From assembly GCA_963662275.1 (NCBI GenBank), contig OY759316.1, positions 2,406,177 to 2,470,176 of the forward strand: a DNA stretch of 64,000 nucleotides, given 5' to 3'. A program made the position numbers and the translations under genes. The notes under the pieces are model-generated. The model saw nothing but the letters and a program-made list of their open reading frames with translations, made no database searches and had not been told where the DNA came from. This document shows, one piece after another, positions 7,971 to 17,198 of this stretch (position 1 is its first letter; the number at the start of each line of letters is the position of its first letter). Source of the DNA: Candidatus Cloacimonadales bacterium (GTDB taxonomy: Bacteria > Cloacimonadota > Cloacimonadia > Cloacimonadales > DAONDQ01).

Positions 7971-8027
7971 GGTTGTAGGTGGTAGGTTTTAGGTACTAGC
8001 CAGAGAAGAGACAGAACTAGCTCTCCC
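7971..8027 (-). repeat. Right arm of the inverted repeat paired with 7408-7490
   Basis: The reverse complement is GGGAGAGCTAGTTCTGTCTCTTCTCTGGCTAGTACCTAAAACCTACCACCTACAACC. The first 17 nt are identical to the left arm, followed by the shared CTCTG-GCTAG-ACCT..ACCT..AACC words. Confidence 0.7.
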
Positions 8028-8211
8028 CTGCCTCTCTTTTTGATATCTGTTGCACAATAGCATATTCCAAAACGAAATTTCTATTAGTAAAAATTACTTG
8101 ACTAAATCAATCTAATTCCATTAGTCAATGAATTGTGGAAATGATTTCATGCTAATTCCTGTTATTATTAATAACGTAATTGTGTTTTGCATCATCAAGG
8201 AGTATGATATA

Positions 8212-9105
8212 ATGCGTATATTTCTTTTTATCTTATGTGTCATCCCATTATTTTTATATTCTCAAACTCCGGTAGGACGCTGGGACTTTGATAATCCTGA
8301 CAATTTATTACAGGCTACAATCGGGAATAATTTGTCATTAGTGGGCTCTCATGTTCCTATAACGGGACCTTCTTTATCGAATGGGGCAGCAAGTATTGGC
8401 ATTGGGAGCTATTATAAGTGCAATCATGGTATGGCTGCCAATGGCGGAGGATCAAAAGTTAATGAATATACTGTCGTCATTGATTTTAAAATACCCCAGG
8501 ATAATTTATGGCATAGTCTTATGCAAACAAATTACCAAAATACGGATGATGGAGATATCTGGATTGCGACGGATCGGTCAATTGGCGTGTTTGCCACCGG
8601 CTATTCATTCAATACAATCAATCCTAATACATGGTACAGATTAGTTATTGCAGTTGATTTGGGATCAACATTTAAGTATTATATAAATGGAAGTTTGTTC
8701 TACGAAGGATCAAATCAAATGGTGGATGGACGGTTTTCACTGTATCCGTCTGACCCTCTCAAACCGCTATTGTTCTTTGCTGATTATAATGGACAAGATA
8801 ATACAGTGATGGTTTCCATGATATCGATTTATAGCTCCTGCCTTACAGCATCCCAAGTCAGCGCTTTAGGTGGAGTAGGCAGCATTATCACCCTCAGTAC
8901 ACCTACAAATCTAACAGTCTCAAAAGCTGGCAACCAAGTTCATTTGCAATGGGATCAGGTAAGTGGAGCTACTCTCTATCATATATATGAGACTGATATA
9001 CCTACAGCCGTGAATTGGGGTATGCCAGTTGTTAATACATACAACAAATATTATAACTTCAATGTACCTCTACAGAAGGCGTTTTATCGAGTAACAGCAG
9101 AATAA
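8212..9105 (+). CDS. Secreted LamG/concanavalin-like jelly-roll protein with C-terminal Fn3 module (no sorting domain)
   Basis: I prefer the ATG at 8212 (AAGGAG RBS; MRIFLFILCVIPLFLYSQTP signal peptide) over the track start at 8128. NTWYRLVIAVDLGSTFKYYINGSLFYEG is LamG-like. PTNLTVSKAGNQVHLQWDQVSGATLYHIYE is Fn3-like. Confidence 0.6.
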   Translation: MRIFLFILCVIPLFLYSQTPVGRWDFDNPDNLLQATIGNNLSLVGSHVPITGPSLSNGAASIGIGSYYKCNHGMAANGGGSKVNEYTVVIDFKIPQDNLWHSLMQTNYQNTDDGDIWIATDRSIGVFATGYSFNTINPNTWYRLVIAVDLGSTFKYYINGSLFYEGSNQMVDGRFSLYPSDPLKPLLFFADYNGQDNTVMVSMISIYSSCLTASQVSALGGVGSIITLSTPTNLTVSKAGNQVHLQWDQVSGATLYHIYETDIPTAVNWGMPVVNTYNKYYNFNVPLQKAFYRVTAE

Positions 9106-9185
9106 CAATCTCTTTTTTTCTATTTTAGTTTATTAGTATCAATTTACTCTGCGAAGTTGTTCGAACCCGGTGATCTGTTTTCGTT

Positions 9186-11684
9186 TTATTTTAAAAGCAA
9201 TACTTTTTGAGCAAACGTAGATCTACCAGCAACCATCCTGATAAAATATACACCTGATGATACAGATTTTCCATTCTCATCCATACCGTCCCAACTTGTT
9301 CTGTAATTGCCCATATCGCTATGTTTTGATATCAAATTGCAGACATATTCACCTTTCAGGTTATAAACGCTAATCGTAACATCTGCTGACTTTGTTAAGA
9401 AATATTGTATCATCGTCATGCTTACGAAAGGATTTGGGAATACATTCTTCAAGCCGGTGGTTACTGAAATAACTGGGGTTTCATGATCAGTAAAAGGATT
9501 TGTTACATAGATAGTGGAAGGTCCATAAAAAGAAAATTCGCCATTGACATCGAGATTCTGTAGCCAATAGTACCATGATCCAGTACCCACTTCAAGATCA
9601 GTATACGAGTAGTTTTCTTGAGAAGATGTATTAGTTGCAGGTATAATCGTATTAATTCGTTCGGCAGTATTGAGGTCATTTCTCGTGTTTCGGTAGATAT
9701 AATAACCTGCAACTCCTGTCTCGGATTGAGTTGACCAATCAAGACGAACAAAATAGTCACTTGTTAGAACTGTAGTAAAAGAAGAAAGTTCAACCGGAAG
9801 GGTTTCATCGTTCCCCGAGATTGTAAATTCGCCATTACTATCCTTCGTTCCGAGTGTTTTTGTAAAAGCAGCAGTTCTTGGATTTGTCAGGTTCACTGTA
9901 ATAGAATTAATGAATATCCAGTCAGAACCATTATAACTCCATAAATGGCAGCCTCTGCTAAGATCCATTCCATTATCAGCAGAAGAAGGCCAGCTCAAGG
10001 TAATCTGAATACTTCCCGAAGAACTACCTCCGATATACCATCTTCTACTGATGGAATGTGTTCCATCGTTATAATCGGCAGGAGCAGGATATTCTGTAAC
10101 AGAAAGAGCAGAAATGCTGTTCGCTCCGTCAAAGGCAATATCTTTTCCGCTTAGAGTTAAGGTTTTACTATTCAGATTGAGACTACCATTAGTAAAAATG
10201 AGATTATCAGTTGAAATACTAGTGGGTAATATAACAGTATTACCGACTCCGGGTTCCACTGTCAGGGTAGCAATTGAATTTGGTAACGAAATTGGTGAGA
10301 TTGTTGTGACCTTCAGTACCGGATTTGTTATCCCTGTTGCTACTCCCCTTCCATTATAGATCAGATTTGGTGTTCCTGTTAATGTTCCGGATACTGTCAA
10401 ATTATAATTACCAAGAGTCATTGTGCCGGATGTTGCCGTGAATGTACCACCAATACTCAAAGCTCCCTCCAAAGTAACTCCATTTGCTCTATCTAGTTTG
10501 AAATTCGTTAACGCTAATGCAGGTAGGCTTATATTTGATCCAGTCCCCTGAACCCATAGACTTCCTGAAGTTCCGCTAAGTAACGTACCACTATTCTGAG
10601 TTAAACTGCAACCGTTCAATACTAATGTTGTAGCCCCCAAACTCAGATCACCTCCATTGAGAACTAAAGAATTGTCCACATAAGTTGATGTATTCAGAGT
10701 TTTTGGACCGCCGTTTGAAACAATAAGATTGGAGTAGTTTGAATTTCCAAATCTATATACAGATGTCGCACCAGCCTTGGCATACTCTACGGTAGAACCG
10801 GAATTAATATTATATGTGTTACCGGTAGAACTGGGTACTGAAGTACAGGAATCAAGGATTCTGAGTATACCTCCACTGTTGATCGTTAATATATGCGTGG
10901 CAGCACTCGAGGCAGAACAGTTTATTTTCTTTGCCTCTACTACACCTCCGTTGTTAATAATAAGTGAGGTCGTATAATATCCATGAGGACATCGGTTATA
11001 AAGATAGAGGATATTGCCGACTTTTAGAGTTCCGTTTATCGTCAGTGAGCCTCCCACATATGAGGTATTGGGAGTTGCGCCATTGAGACAGACACATGAA
11101 TATGGGTTTACCGAACAATCCAATGTACATCCCGCATTGATAGTAACATCAAAATGTGTATATAATCCGTTGTTATAAAATGCAGTTTGACTGGTGAATG
11201 TGGATGTTCCATAAGTTAGTGTAACGTTCATGGCTATCGTAACGACCGGATACAAATTCGTGTTTGTAATTTTCCGAATCATACATGCCTTGAAAGTACC
11301 TGTACCGCCAATAGTTATTGCTACTCCTTCAAGATTGAAACTGATGGCATCATCTGTAGTACCGTTTCCAATAGTTCCATTACAGGTGATGCTACCCCAT
11401 ACGTTGACGAATTTCATATTAGTAGCATCTGGAACCAGGTTCGCATACAGCTTTCCTCCCGTATCGATAATCAGGTTTCTACAGTCTTGCGAAGGGTTGC
11501 TTGTAACGATAATATGACCATTTTGAATTGTAACATCATCACCGGTCCCAGGAGTACCATTAGGAGTCCAGATTGTTGGAGTCCCCCAATTACCCGAACC
11601 ATTACTCAAATATGAAGCAGCAAATAATGATCCAGTAGAAATAACCAATAGAATAATGAATATTGCACATATTGCTCTTCTCAT
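9186..11684 (-). CDS. Large secreted beta-helix-like protein with pre-CTD module and T9SS-type sorting domain; paralog of 40382 and 45193
   Basis: 832 aa with a signal peptide and a GGAGAGG RBS. It shares the blocks NGSGNWG...W, PGVGNTVILPTSISTDNLIFTNGSLNLNSKTLTLSGKDIAFDGANSISAL and LPVELSSFT...SETG. The CTD ends in FPNPF...VYNLKG...SGVYFIRM...KVLLLK. Confidence 0.8.
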   Translation of the reverse strand: MRRAICAIFIILLVISTGSLFAASYLSNGSGNWGTPTIWTPNGTPGTGDDVTIQNGHIIVTSNPSQDCRNLIIDTGGKLYANLVPDATNMKFVNVWGSITCNGTIGNGTTDDAISFNLEGVAITIGGTGTFKACMIRKITNTNLYPVVTIAMNVTLTYGTSTFTSQTAFYNNGLYTHFDVTINAGCTLDCSVNPYSCVCLNGATPNTSYVGGSLTINGTLKVGNILYLYNRCPHGYYTTSLIINNGGVVEAKKINCSASSAATHILTINSGGILRILDSCTSVPSSTGNTYNINSGSTVEYAKAGATSVYRFGNSNYSNLIVSNGGPKTLNTSTYVDNSLVLNGGDLSLGATTLVLNGCSLTQNSGTLLSGTSGSLWVQGTGSNISLPALALTNFKLDRANGVTLEGALSIGGTFTATSGTMTLGNYNLTVSGTLTGTPNLIYNGRGVATGITNPVLKVTTISPISLPNSIATLTVEPGVGNTVILPTSISTDNLIFTNGSLNLNSKTLTLSGKDIAFDGANSISALSVTEYPAPADYNDGTHSISRRWYIGGSSSGSIQITLSWPSSADNGMDLSRGCHLWSYNGSDWIFINSITVNLTNPRTAAFTKTLGTKDSNGEFTISGNDETLPVELSSFTTVLTSDYFVRLDWSTQSETGVAGYYIYRNTRNDLNTAERINTIIPATNTSSQENYSYTDLEVGTGSWYYWLQNLDVNGEFSFYGPSTIYVTNPFTDHETPVISVTTGLKNVFPNPFVSMTMIQYFLTKSADVTISVYNLKGEYVCNLISKHSDMGNYRTSWDGMDENGKSVSSGVYFIRMVAGRSTFAQKVLLLK

Positions 11685-12137
11685 TTCTCACCTCTCCATG
11701 TTTCATAGTCATTTGTCTAATTAATTATTTTATTAAATATTCGAATATAACATATAGAGCAGAGACACAATAAATAGTCAAGAAAAAATACTTTAATCTT
11801 TTCATTAGACAAATAGAGATAGTTGTATATGTTTCTGACATTCTAAACATACTCCTTACGATTAACTCGAGAATTCATGAGGAGCAGAGACGCTTTCAGA
11901 ATCGTATAAATTATACCTATATTCTATCTGCCATCTGCCAATAGTCTTGTTTCTATTGCTATAGGATTAAAAAGTAATGATTACCATCCTGAAATGTAAA
12001 TAATAATAATAAAACTTGATTGGAATTGATGTCTATTCTATTTTTGGATAATTGTTGTTTACTAATACTAAATAATACTTTAGGAAGATAAAAATGACAT
12101 ATAATGCATCTCAATTGCACGATAAGCTGTTAAGACT

Positions 12138-15100
12138 ATGTTAAACAACCTGAGTGCTTTACTCTCTCGTAAGGATATGTTTGAACCTTTAGGAAACAAT
12201 GTGCCTGTAGAAGTTCTGAAAGAAGGAGAAAACAGGTTTGTCAGCGTTCTATTTGCTGATGTAAAGGGATTCACAGCCATGTCAGAGAAACTGGAAGCAG
12301 AAATTGTGCAGCATCTTCTTGACCAATTGATGTTGAGCTTTTCTGAACGTATAGAAAGATATGGCGGGTATGTAGATAAATATGAAGGTGATAAAATCAT
12401 GGCACATTTCGGCTCACTTGCATATTTAGAACAAAACTCGCGCAGAGCCGTTTATGCAGGATTAGAACTAATCGATGTGATCAATAAATTCAATCAGATA
12501 AAAACATCAATCCCGGAATTATCAAGCCTGGATGTGGATCTGGCAATCAGGGTGGGTATCAATAGCGGTATGGTAGCTACCGGGAAAGTTGGTATCAAAA
12601 GAGAAGGTGACTTCACTATATACGGCGATGCCGTGAATCTAGCATCTCGTATGGAAGAAAATGGAGTTCCTCTAAGAGTTATGGTTCCTGCTTCTGTAAA
12701 AGAGGAGTTAGATGGATACTTTAATTTTACGTTTCATGGGGAAATAAGTGTCAAAGGTAAGAGTAAGCCAATTTCAACCTGGTTAGTTGATAGCATCAAC
12801 CATGACCATATAGCCCGAAAACTATCACAAAGTGCTATGATAGCCCGTGAAGTTGAGCTTGAGCAATTGAGAAGTATTTATCATCGCAATCAAGATGTTA
12901 TTCAGACCAATTCGGATCATCAGCCCATAGATGTAATAGGTATATCTGCTGGTGCTGGAATGGGCAAAACAAGACTGATCAGGGAGTTTTGTCGCAACTT
13001 GCCTCAGAATCATATTTTAATCTCTGAAGTATCACCTGTATGCCAATCTCCTTATGCCTCCTTCTCTATTTTGCTGCATAGTATATTTGGTTTAGAATCA
13101 GATATACATGCTGATGAAGCCAAATGCCTGATTACCCAAACAATGAATTCACTGATGGATTTAATTCCATTTGATCTAGTAGATGAGTACACTGACACAA
13201 TACCTTACCTTACCTATCTTGCCGGATTTTATACTTCAGATTCTTTTTCTTCTGAAAACAGGGAAGAACTAGTATCCCATTTGAATATGAGTTTACTCCT
13301 GCTCTTCAAGGCGTTAGCCCTGCGAAGTGCTGAAGCCGGACAGGCATTAGTACTGATTTTTGATGATCTGCATTATTGTGATGAAGCATCTCTTGCTGCC
13401 ATTGCATACCTGATGAAAAATATCCAGCGCTGGCAGATTGAAGAAGAAGATTCATCGGCAAGGATTATGTTCATCCTGGCTTGGCGTGATAACTATAAAC
13501 TAGGGAACATGATCCCACCACAAGTCAGTTTGAATACCATAATGTTGAAGGAACTCAACCAAGACCAGATTAAGCAATTTATTGTGCAGGCATTTCCCGA
13601 GCACAGTGTTCCGGAACACATTCAAGATTCTATTATCCAAAACTCTATTGGGAATCCGCTATTCCTGGAGGAATGGATAGGGATGCTGCGTTCCCAGGTT
13701 GCATCCGGCGAGGAACTGGATTTCAATAACATGAATGTTCCAAACAATATCAAATCGCTCCTTCTCTCTCGTTTGAGCTGCTTCGATAAAAACAGCATAC
13801 GCCTGGTGCAGGATGCTTCCATCATTGGTATGGTTTTCCAAAAGTCAATTCTCAACCAGCTCGAAGTCATTTTAAATGCTTCTTCTGATCCGGGAGCAAC
13901 ACTTCAGCGTCTCCTCGACATCGATTATATCGAATATGCTCAACAGGATAATGATGTGACCGAATATGCCTTTCGGCATCAAATGCTGCATCAGGCAGTG
14001 TATGATTCAATACTGACCACCAATAAGCGGATTCTGCACAGAATGATCGCAGAAATCATCGAAAATACCTATACTGATGTCATTTCGCAATGGTATTTTT
14101 TACTTGCAGATCACTATATGATAGCAAAAAATAGGGAAAAGAGTATCCATTATCTGAATAAAAGTGAAAAACTTGCCTGCTCCCTTTTCATGAATAAAAA
14201 AGCGTTATACTTTTGTGATAAATTACTTTCTCTCAGCGATCAGGAACATCATCAGGATATTCTTCTGAGGAAGGCTGCGCTATATCTAGATATGGGTAAC
14301 TACCTGAAAGCTAATGATATAATCGATAATCTGGACTTGGAAATCATTTCCAACCTTCAAAATAGGGATGCATTCATTTTAGCAAAAACAAGGATTCTAA
14401 TGGCTAGAGATGACTTGAATATTGCTCGTGAATATCTCGAAGAAAACATTCCTTTACTTACTTCCAAAACAGCCACAGATAAAGCAAAGATGTATCTCAT
14501 CGATTTACATCGTCAGTTGGCTGATGAACCTGATTTCATAACCACGTCTAATGACCTACTAGTTGAATTTAAAGACCTTCCTGAGATGATGGCAAGTATT
14601 GAAAATATCATTGGTCTCTATTACCAGAATCATAGCAATTATCATCAGGCAATCGAGTATTATGACCGTGCCATTCAACATGCAGAATCGCATAAAATCA
14701 TTCTTCGCCGTACATTTCACAATAAAGCGAATGCTCTTAATGCTCTGGGAAAGAAAACAGAAGCCATCGCTAATTTCCATTTGGATATGAATATTGCCCG
14801 ATTTCTCGACGATGATAGCGGTTGCGCCCAGGTTACCCTCGATTTAGGAATGTTGTTCTTGGATATGGATGATTTAGATCAAGTTCTGAAAATGCTGAAC
14901 GAGAGTAATGCCTTAGCCCACTTGACAGGGAATACAAAACTCCAAGGCCAGATAAATTACAATTTCGCTGTCTATCATTATAAAAATGAAGATCTGGTTC
15001 AAGCTCGGTATTATCTCAAAAAATGCCTCTCAATATGCAAAAAACTATCTGACATATCCAGTATATCGCGTGCTCATGATCTGCTGGGAGATATTCTCTA

Positions 15101-15473
15101 TAAGGAGGGAAATCTTGCCATAGCTAAGAGGGTTTATGAAAGAAACCTTGTCATCCAGCAAAGACTTGGTGACCAGGAAGGTATTGCTCATACGTATGGG
15201 AATCTTGGTAATATAGCTGCCGAGGAGGAAGATTGGACAACCGCTGTGTCCTTTTATGAAAAACAGCAGCAGATCTGCCATGAATGCGGAGATATTGAAG
15301 GTGAAGCCAAAGTCTGGTATAATTGGGGTATCCTGGACGCAGAATGCAATATGACGGAAGATGCCATTCAAAAGGTCAGCAATGCTCTCAACCTCTTCGA
15401 AAAAGGGGGATTTGATTTTTATATAGATATAGTTCGAGATTATTTGGATGAATTGACGAAGAGTTTGGAATAA
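12138..15473 (+). CDS. Class III adenylate/guanylate cyclase fused to an AAA/STAND NTPase and TPR repeats
   Basis: 1111 aa. Cyclase motifs: VSVLFADVKGFT, GDKIMAHFG, RVGINSGMVATG, YGDAVNLASRME. Walker A is GAGMGKTRL and Walker B is LVLIFDDLHYCDE. The C-terminal ~450 aa are TPR-like (for example AHTYGNLGNIAAEEEDWTTAVSFYEKQ). Confidence 0.85.
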   Translation: MLNNLSALLSRKDMFEPLGNNVPVEVLKEGENRFVSVLFADVKGFTAMSEKLEAEIVQHLLDQLMLSFSERIERYGGYVDKYEGDKIMAHFGSLAYLEQNSRRAVYAGLELIDVINKFNQIKTSIPELSSLDVDLAIRVGINSGMVATGKVGIKREGDFTIYGDAVNLASRMEENGVPLRVMVPASVKEELDGYFNFTFHGEISVKGKSKPISTWLVDSINHDHIARKLSQSAMIAREVELEQLRSIYHRNQDVIQTNSDHQPIDVIGISAGAGMGKTRLIREFCRNLPQNHILISEVSPVCQSPYASFSILLHSIFGLESDIHADEAKCLITQTMNSLMDLIPFDLVDEYTDTIPYLTYLAGFYTSDSFSSENREELVSHLNMSLLLLFKALALRSAEAGQALVLIFDDLHYCDEASLAAIAYLMKNIQRWQIEEEDSSARIMFILAWRDNYKLGNMIPPQVSLNTIMLKELNQDQIKQFIVQAFPEHSVPEHIQDSIIQNSIGNPLFLEEWIGMLRSQVASGEELDFNNMNVPNNIKSLLLSRLSCFDKNSIRLVQDASIIGMVFQKSILNQLEVILNASSDPGATLQRLLDIDYIEYAQQDNDVTEYAFRHQMLHQAVYDSILTTNKRILHRMIAEIIENTYTDVISQWYFLLADHYMIAKNREKSIHYLNKSEKLACSLFMNKKALYFCDKLLSLSDQEHHQDILLRKAALYLDMGNYLKANDIIDNLDLEIISNLQNRDAFILAKTRILMARDDLNIAREYLEENIPLLTSKTATDKAKMYLIDLHRQLADEPDFITTSNDLLVEFKDLPEMMASIENIIGLYYQNHSNYHQAIEYYDRAIQHAESHKIILRRTFHNKANALNALGKKTEAIANFHLDMNIARFLDDDSGCAQVTLDLGMLFLDMDDLDQVLKMLNESNALAHLTGNTKLQGQINYNFAVYHYKNEDLVQARYYLKKCLSICKKLSDISSISRAHDLLGDILYKEGNLAIAKRVYERNLVIQQRLGDQEGIAHTYGNLGNIAAEEEDWTTAVSFYEKQQQICHECGDIEGEAKVWYNWGILDAECNMTEDAIQKVSNALNLFEKGGFDFYIDIVRDYLDELTKSLE

Positions 15474-15475
15474 AG

Positions 15476-15612
15476 ATGAAAGCTAAGAGTTTGGAGTTCA
15501 AATGCCCTAAACAAATTATCATTGAATACCTGATTAAAAGGGCATTCGGACTTCAAACCCGACCTTTCATCATCGGTAGCGAAAACCTGTTTTCAGGGAA
15601 GTTCAAAACCGA
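15476..15612 (+). repeat. Intergenic repeat family F, copy a
   Basis: It starts ATGAAAGCTAAGAG, has a 15-bp stem (15493-15507 with 15540-15554), and ends TCGGTAGCGAAAACCTGTTTTCAGGGAAGTTCA. Homologous copies lie at 32632, 50028 and 57068(-). Confidence 0.8.
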
Positions 15613-15670
15613 GTAGTAAGCCCTTTCCTAGTAATTAACACAAAACAATATTTGGATAAACAGAGCAGAT

Positions 15671-15694
15671 GGGTTTACTACCGCAAACCCCTAC
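15671..15694 (-). repeat. GTAG-headed hairpin repeat (class C)
   Basis: The minus strand reads GTAGGGGTTTGCGGTAGTAAACCC (GGGTTT/AAACCC stem). The same element occurs at 56614(+) and 56666-56689(-). Confidence 0.75.
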
Positions 15695-16055
15695 GTAGTC
15701 CTCGTGGCATGTTGATCTCGACGAATGATATTTAACATATTTAACATAATAAGCATTTCCCATCATAGGCATGATTGGATATGCTGTTGAACAAGCTCAA
15801 GTAGCAGGGTGATTTTGAATATGTATTTGGAAATTGCTTTTTGAAGATTTCTTGGGTTGAATTGGATTTTTACAATTTTAGCAGAGTCTTTTACCAATGG
15901 AAGAGATGATTTTCTTTTCAGAAGTTATCAAATCACTTTGAGATCAGACTTTTTGTGTATGGGCTGATATTGTTTTCAAGTATTTTAGCAAATTGCCTGT
16001 AATATTTCGGTTGTTTCTATAATTTAGGCAAGACAATCCCGTCGGTAAAATTAAC

Positions 16056-17198
16056 TTACAGTTTACCGCCATCAAAGCAATTTGCCAAAAACAACAGCGA
16101 CCAAGGCGGTGATCTTGGTTTTCCGGTAATTGAAGCATGCTGTGTCATCTTTGATTTGCAATTAGGGCAGAGGTCTTTTTCAAATTTGGGAATTACAAAA
16201 GTTTTAGCTGTCTGATTCTTGTCATTAGAATCGGACTTTGCTGGGAAAAAGCTGTTGACCATCTCCCAGACAGATTTTGCCGCCGGACTGAGAAATCCGT
16301 AGTATCTGATTTTCTGAAATCCCTGCGGCAGAACATGCATCAGGAACTTATTGATAAACTCCACGGAGTCGACGCTTTTAAAGGCGAATTTAGCTGAACC
16401 TGCCGGCTTGTATTTAAAGGTTACCAGCCCGTCCTTTTCCCAAAGGATGCGATTGTTGGTGATGGCGGTCCGATACACATAATTGGCCAAATAAGTCAGA
16501 GCCTCCCGACCTTTTCCGACGGGTCGGGAGTCTGTGACAAACTCTTTTTGCTGCCAGACTAGCGGGGATATCCGACCAAACAGATGCTGATTTTCCAGTC
16601 GAAGCAAATCACGGAATTTTGCCCGGTAAATCACCGAAAGAGCTTTGACCGGAATCAGGAACTTATTGCCTGCTTTTTGCCATTCCTTTCGTTCTTTATT
16701 CCAAGCTCCGCCGGGGACTATATAATGAATATGAGGATGATATTCAAGCTGCCTTGTCCAGGTATGAAGTACCCCGGTAAAGCCTGAAACGCCACCGGCA
16801 TATTTGGGATCTGAAAGCAATGTCTTTAAGGCTTCAGATGATGCTTTGAACTGAAGATCATAAAGCAGTTTCTGATTTGACAGGCATGTTTTGTGCAGTT
16901 CCCGGGGTATGGTGAAAGTTACCATGAAGTACTTAACCGGCAGCAGTTTGGCAAGCTGCTTTTCCAGCCATTTCGCTGAATCATTACGGCCACACTTCGG
17001 GCAGTGACGGTTTTTGCAGGAATGATAGGAATAATGCAGTTCCGCACATTCCTGGCATAAATAGACTTCTCCGCCCAGTTCAGGTGTCCGGCAAAGGAGA
17101 ATATCTCTGATCGCTCTTAAATGGCTTTCCGGTGACTGGTTTCCATATTTTTCCAGATACTCGGACAGGTTGTTTTTGAGAATCCTGCTAAAATCCAT
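16056..17198 (-). CDS. IS91-family HUH Y2 rolling-circle transposase
   Basis: 380 aa. N-terminal zinc-binding motif CQECAELHYSYHSCKNRHCPKCG, HUH motif HPHIHYIVPGG, and two-Tyr motif YLANYVYRTAITNNRI. Confidence 0.85.
   Translation of the reverse strand: MDFSRILKNNLSEYLEKYGNQSPESHLRAIRDILLCRTPELGGEVYLCQECAELHYSYHSCKNRHCPKCGRNDSAKWLEKQLAKLLPVKYFMVTFTIPRELHKTCLSNQKLLYDLQFKASSEALKTLLSDPKYAGGVSGFTGVLHTWTRQLEYHPHIHYIVPGGAWNKERKEWQKAGNKFLIPVKALSVIYRAKFRDLLRLENQHLFGRISPLVWQQKEFVTDSRPVGKGREALTYLANYVYRTAITNNRILWEKDGLVTFKYKPAGSAKFAFKSVDSVEFINKFLMHVLPQGFQKIRYYGFLSPAAKSVWEMVNSFFPAKSDSNDKNQTAKTFVIPKFEKDLCPNCKSKMTQHASITGKPRSPPWSLLFLANCFDGGKL

Noticed and set aside
12080-12400. Small ORFs at 12080..12400(-), 6481..6663(-), 56865..57068(-), 50026..50238(-) and 59714..60022(+).
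   Set aside because: They overlap better-supported genes or consist of repeat or IS-end sequence. They have low-complexity products and no RBS.
15476-15616. A 46-codon ORF (MKAKSLEFKCPKQIIIEYLIKRAFGLQTRPFIIGSENLFSGKFKTE) lies in family F copy a.
   Set aside because: The homologous copies b, c and d carry stops or frameshifts while the nucleotide sequence stays conserved. The conservation is therefore at the DNA or RNA level, not the protein level.
15789-15801. GAACAAGCTCAAG (CTTG/GTTC on the transposase strand) might be the exact IS91 target junction.
   Set aside because: These tetranucleotides are frequent by chance. Without a second copy the element end cannot be fixed, so I kept it only as a hint.
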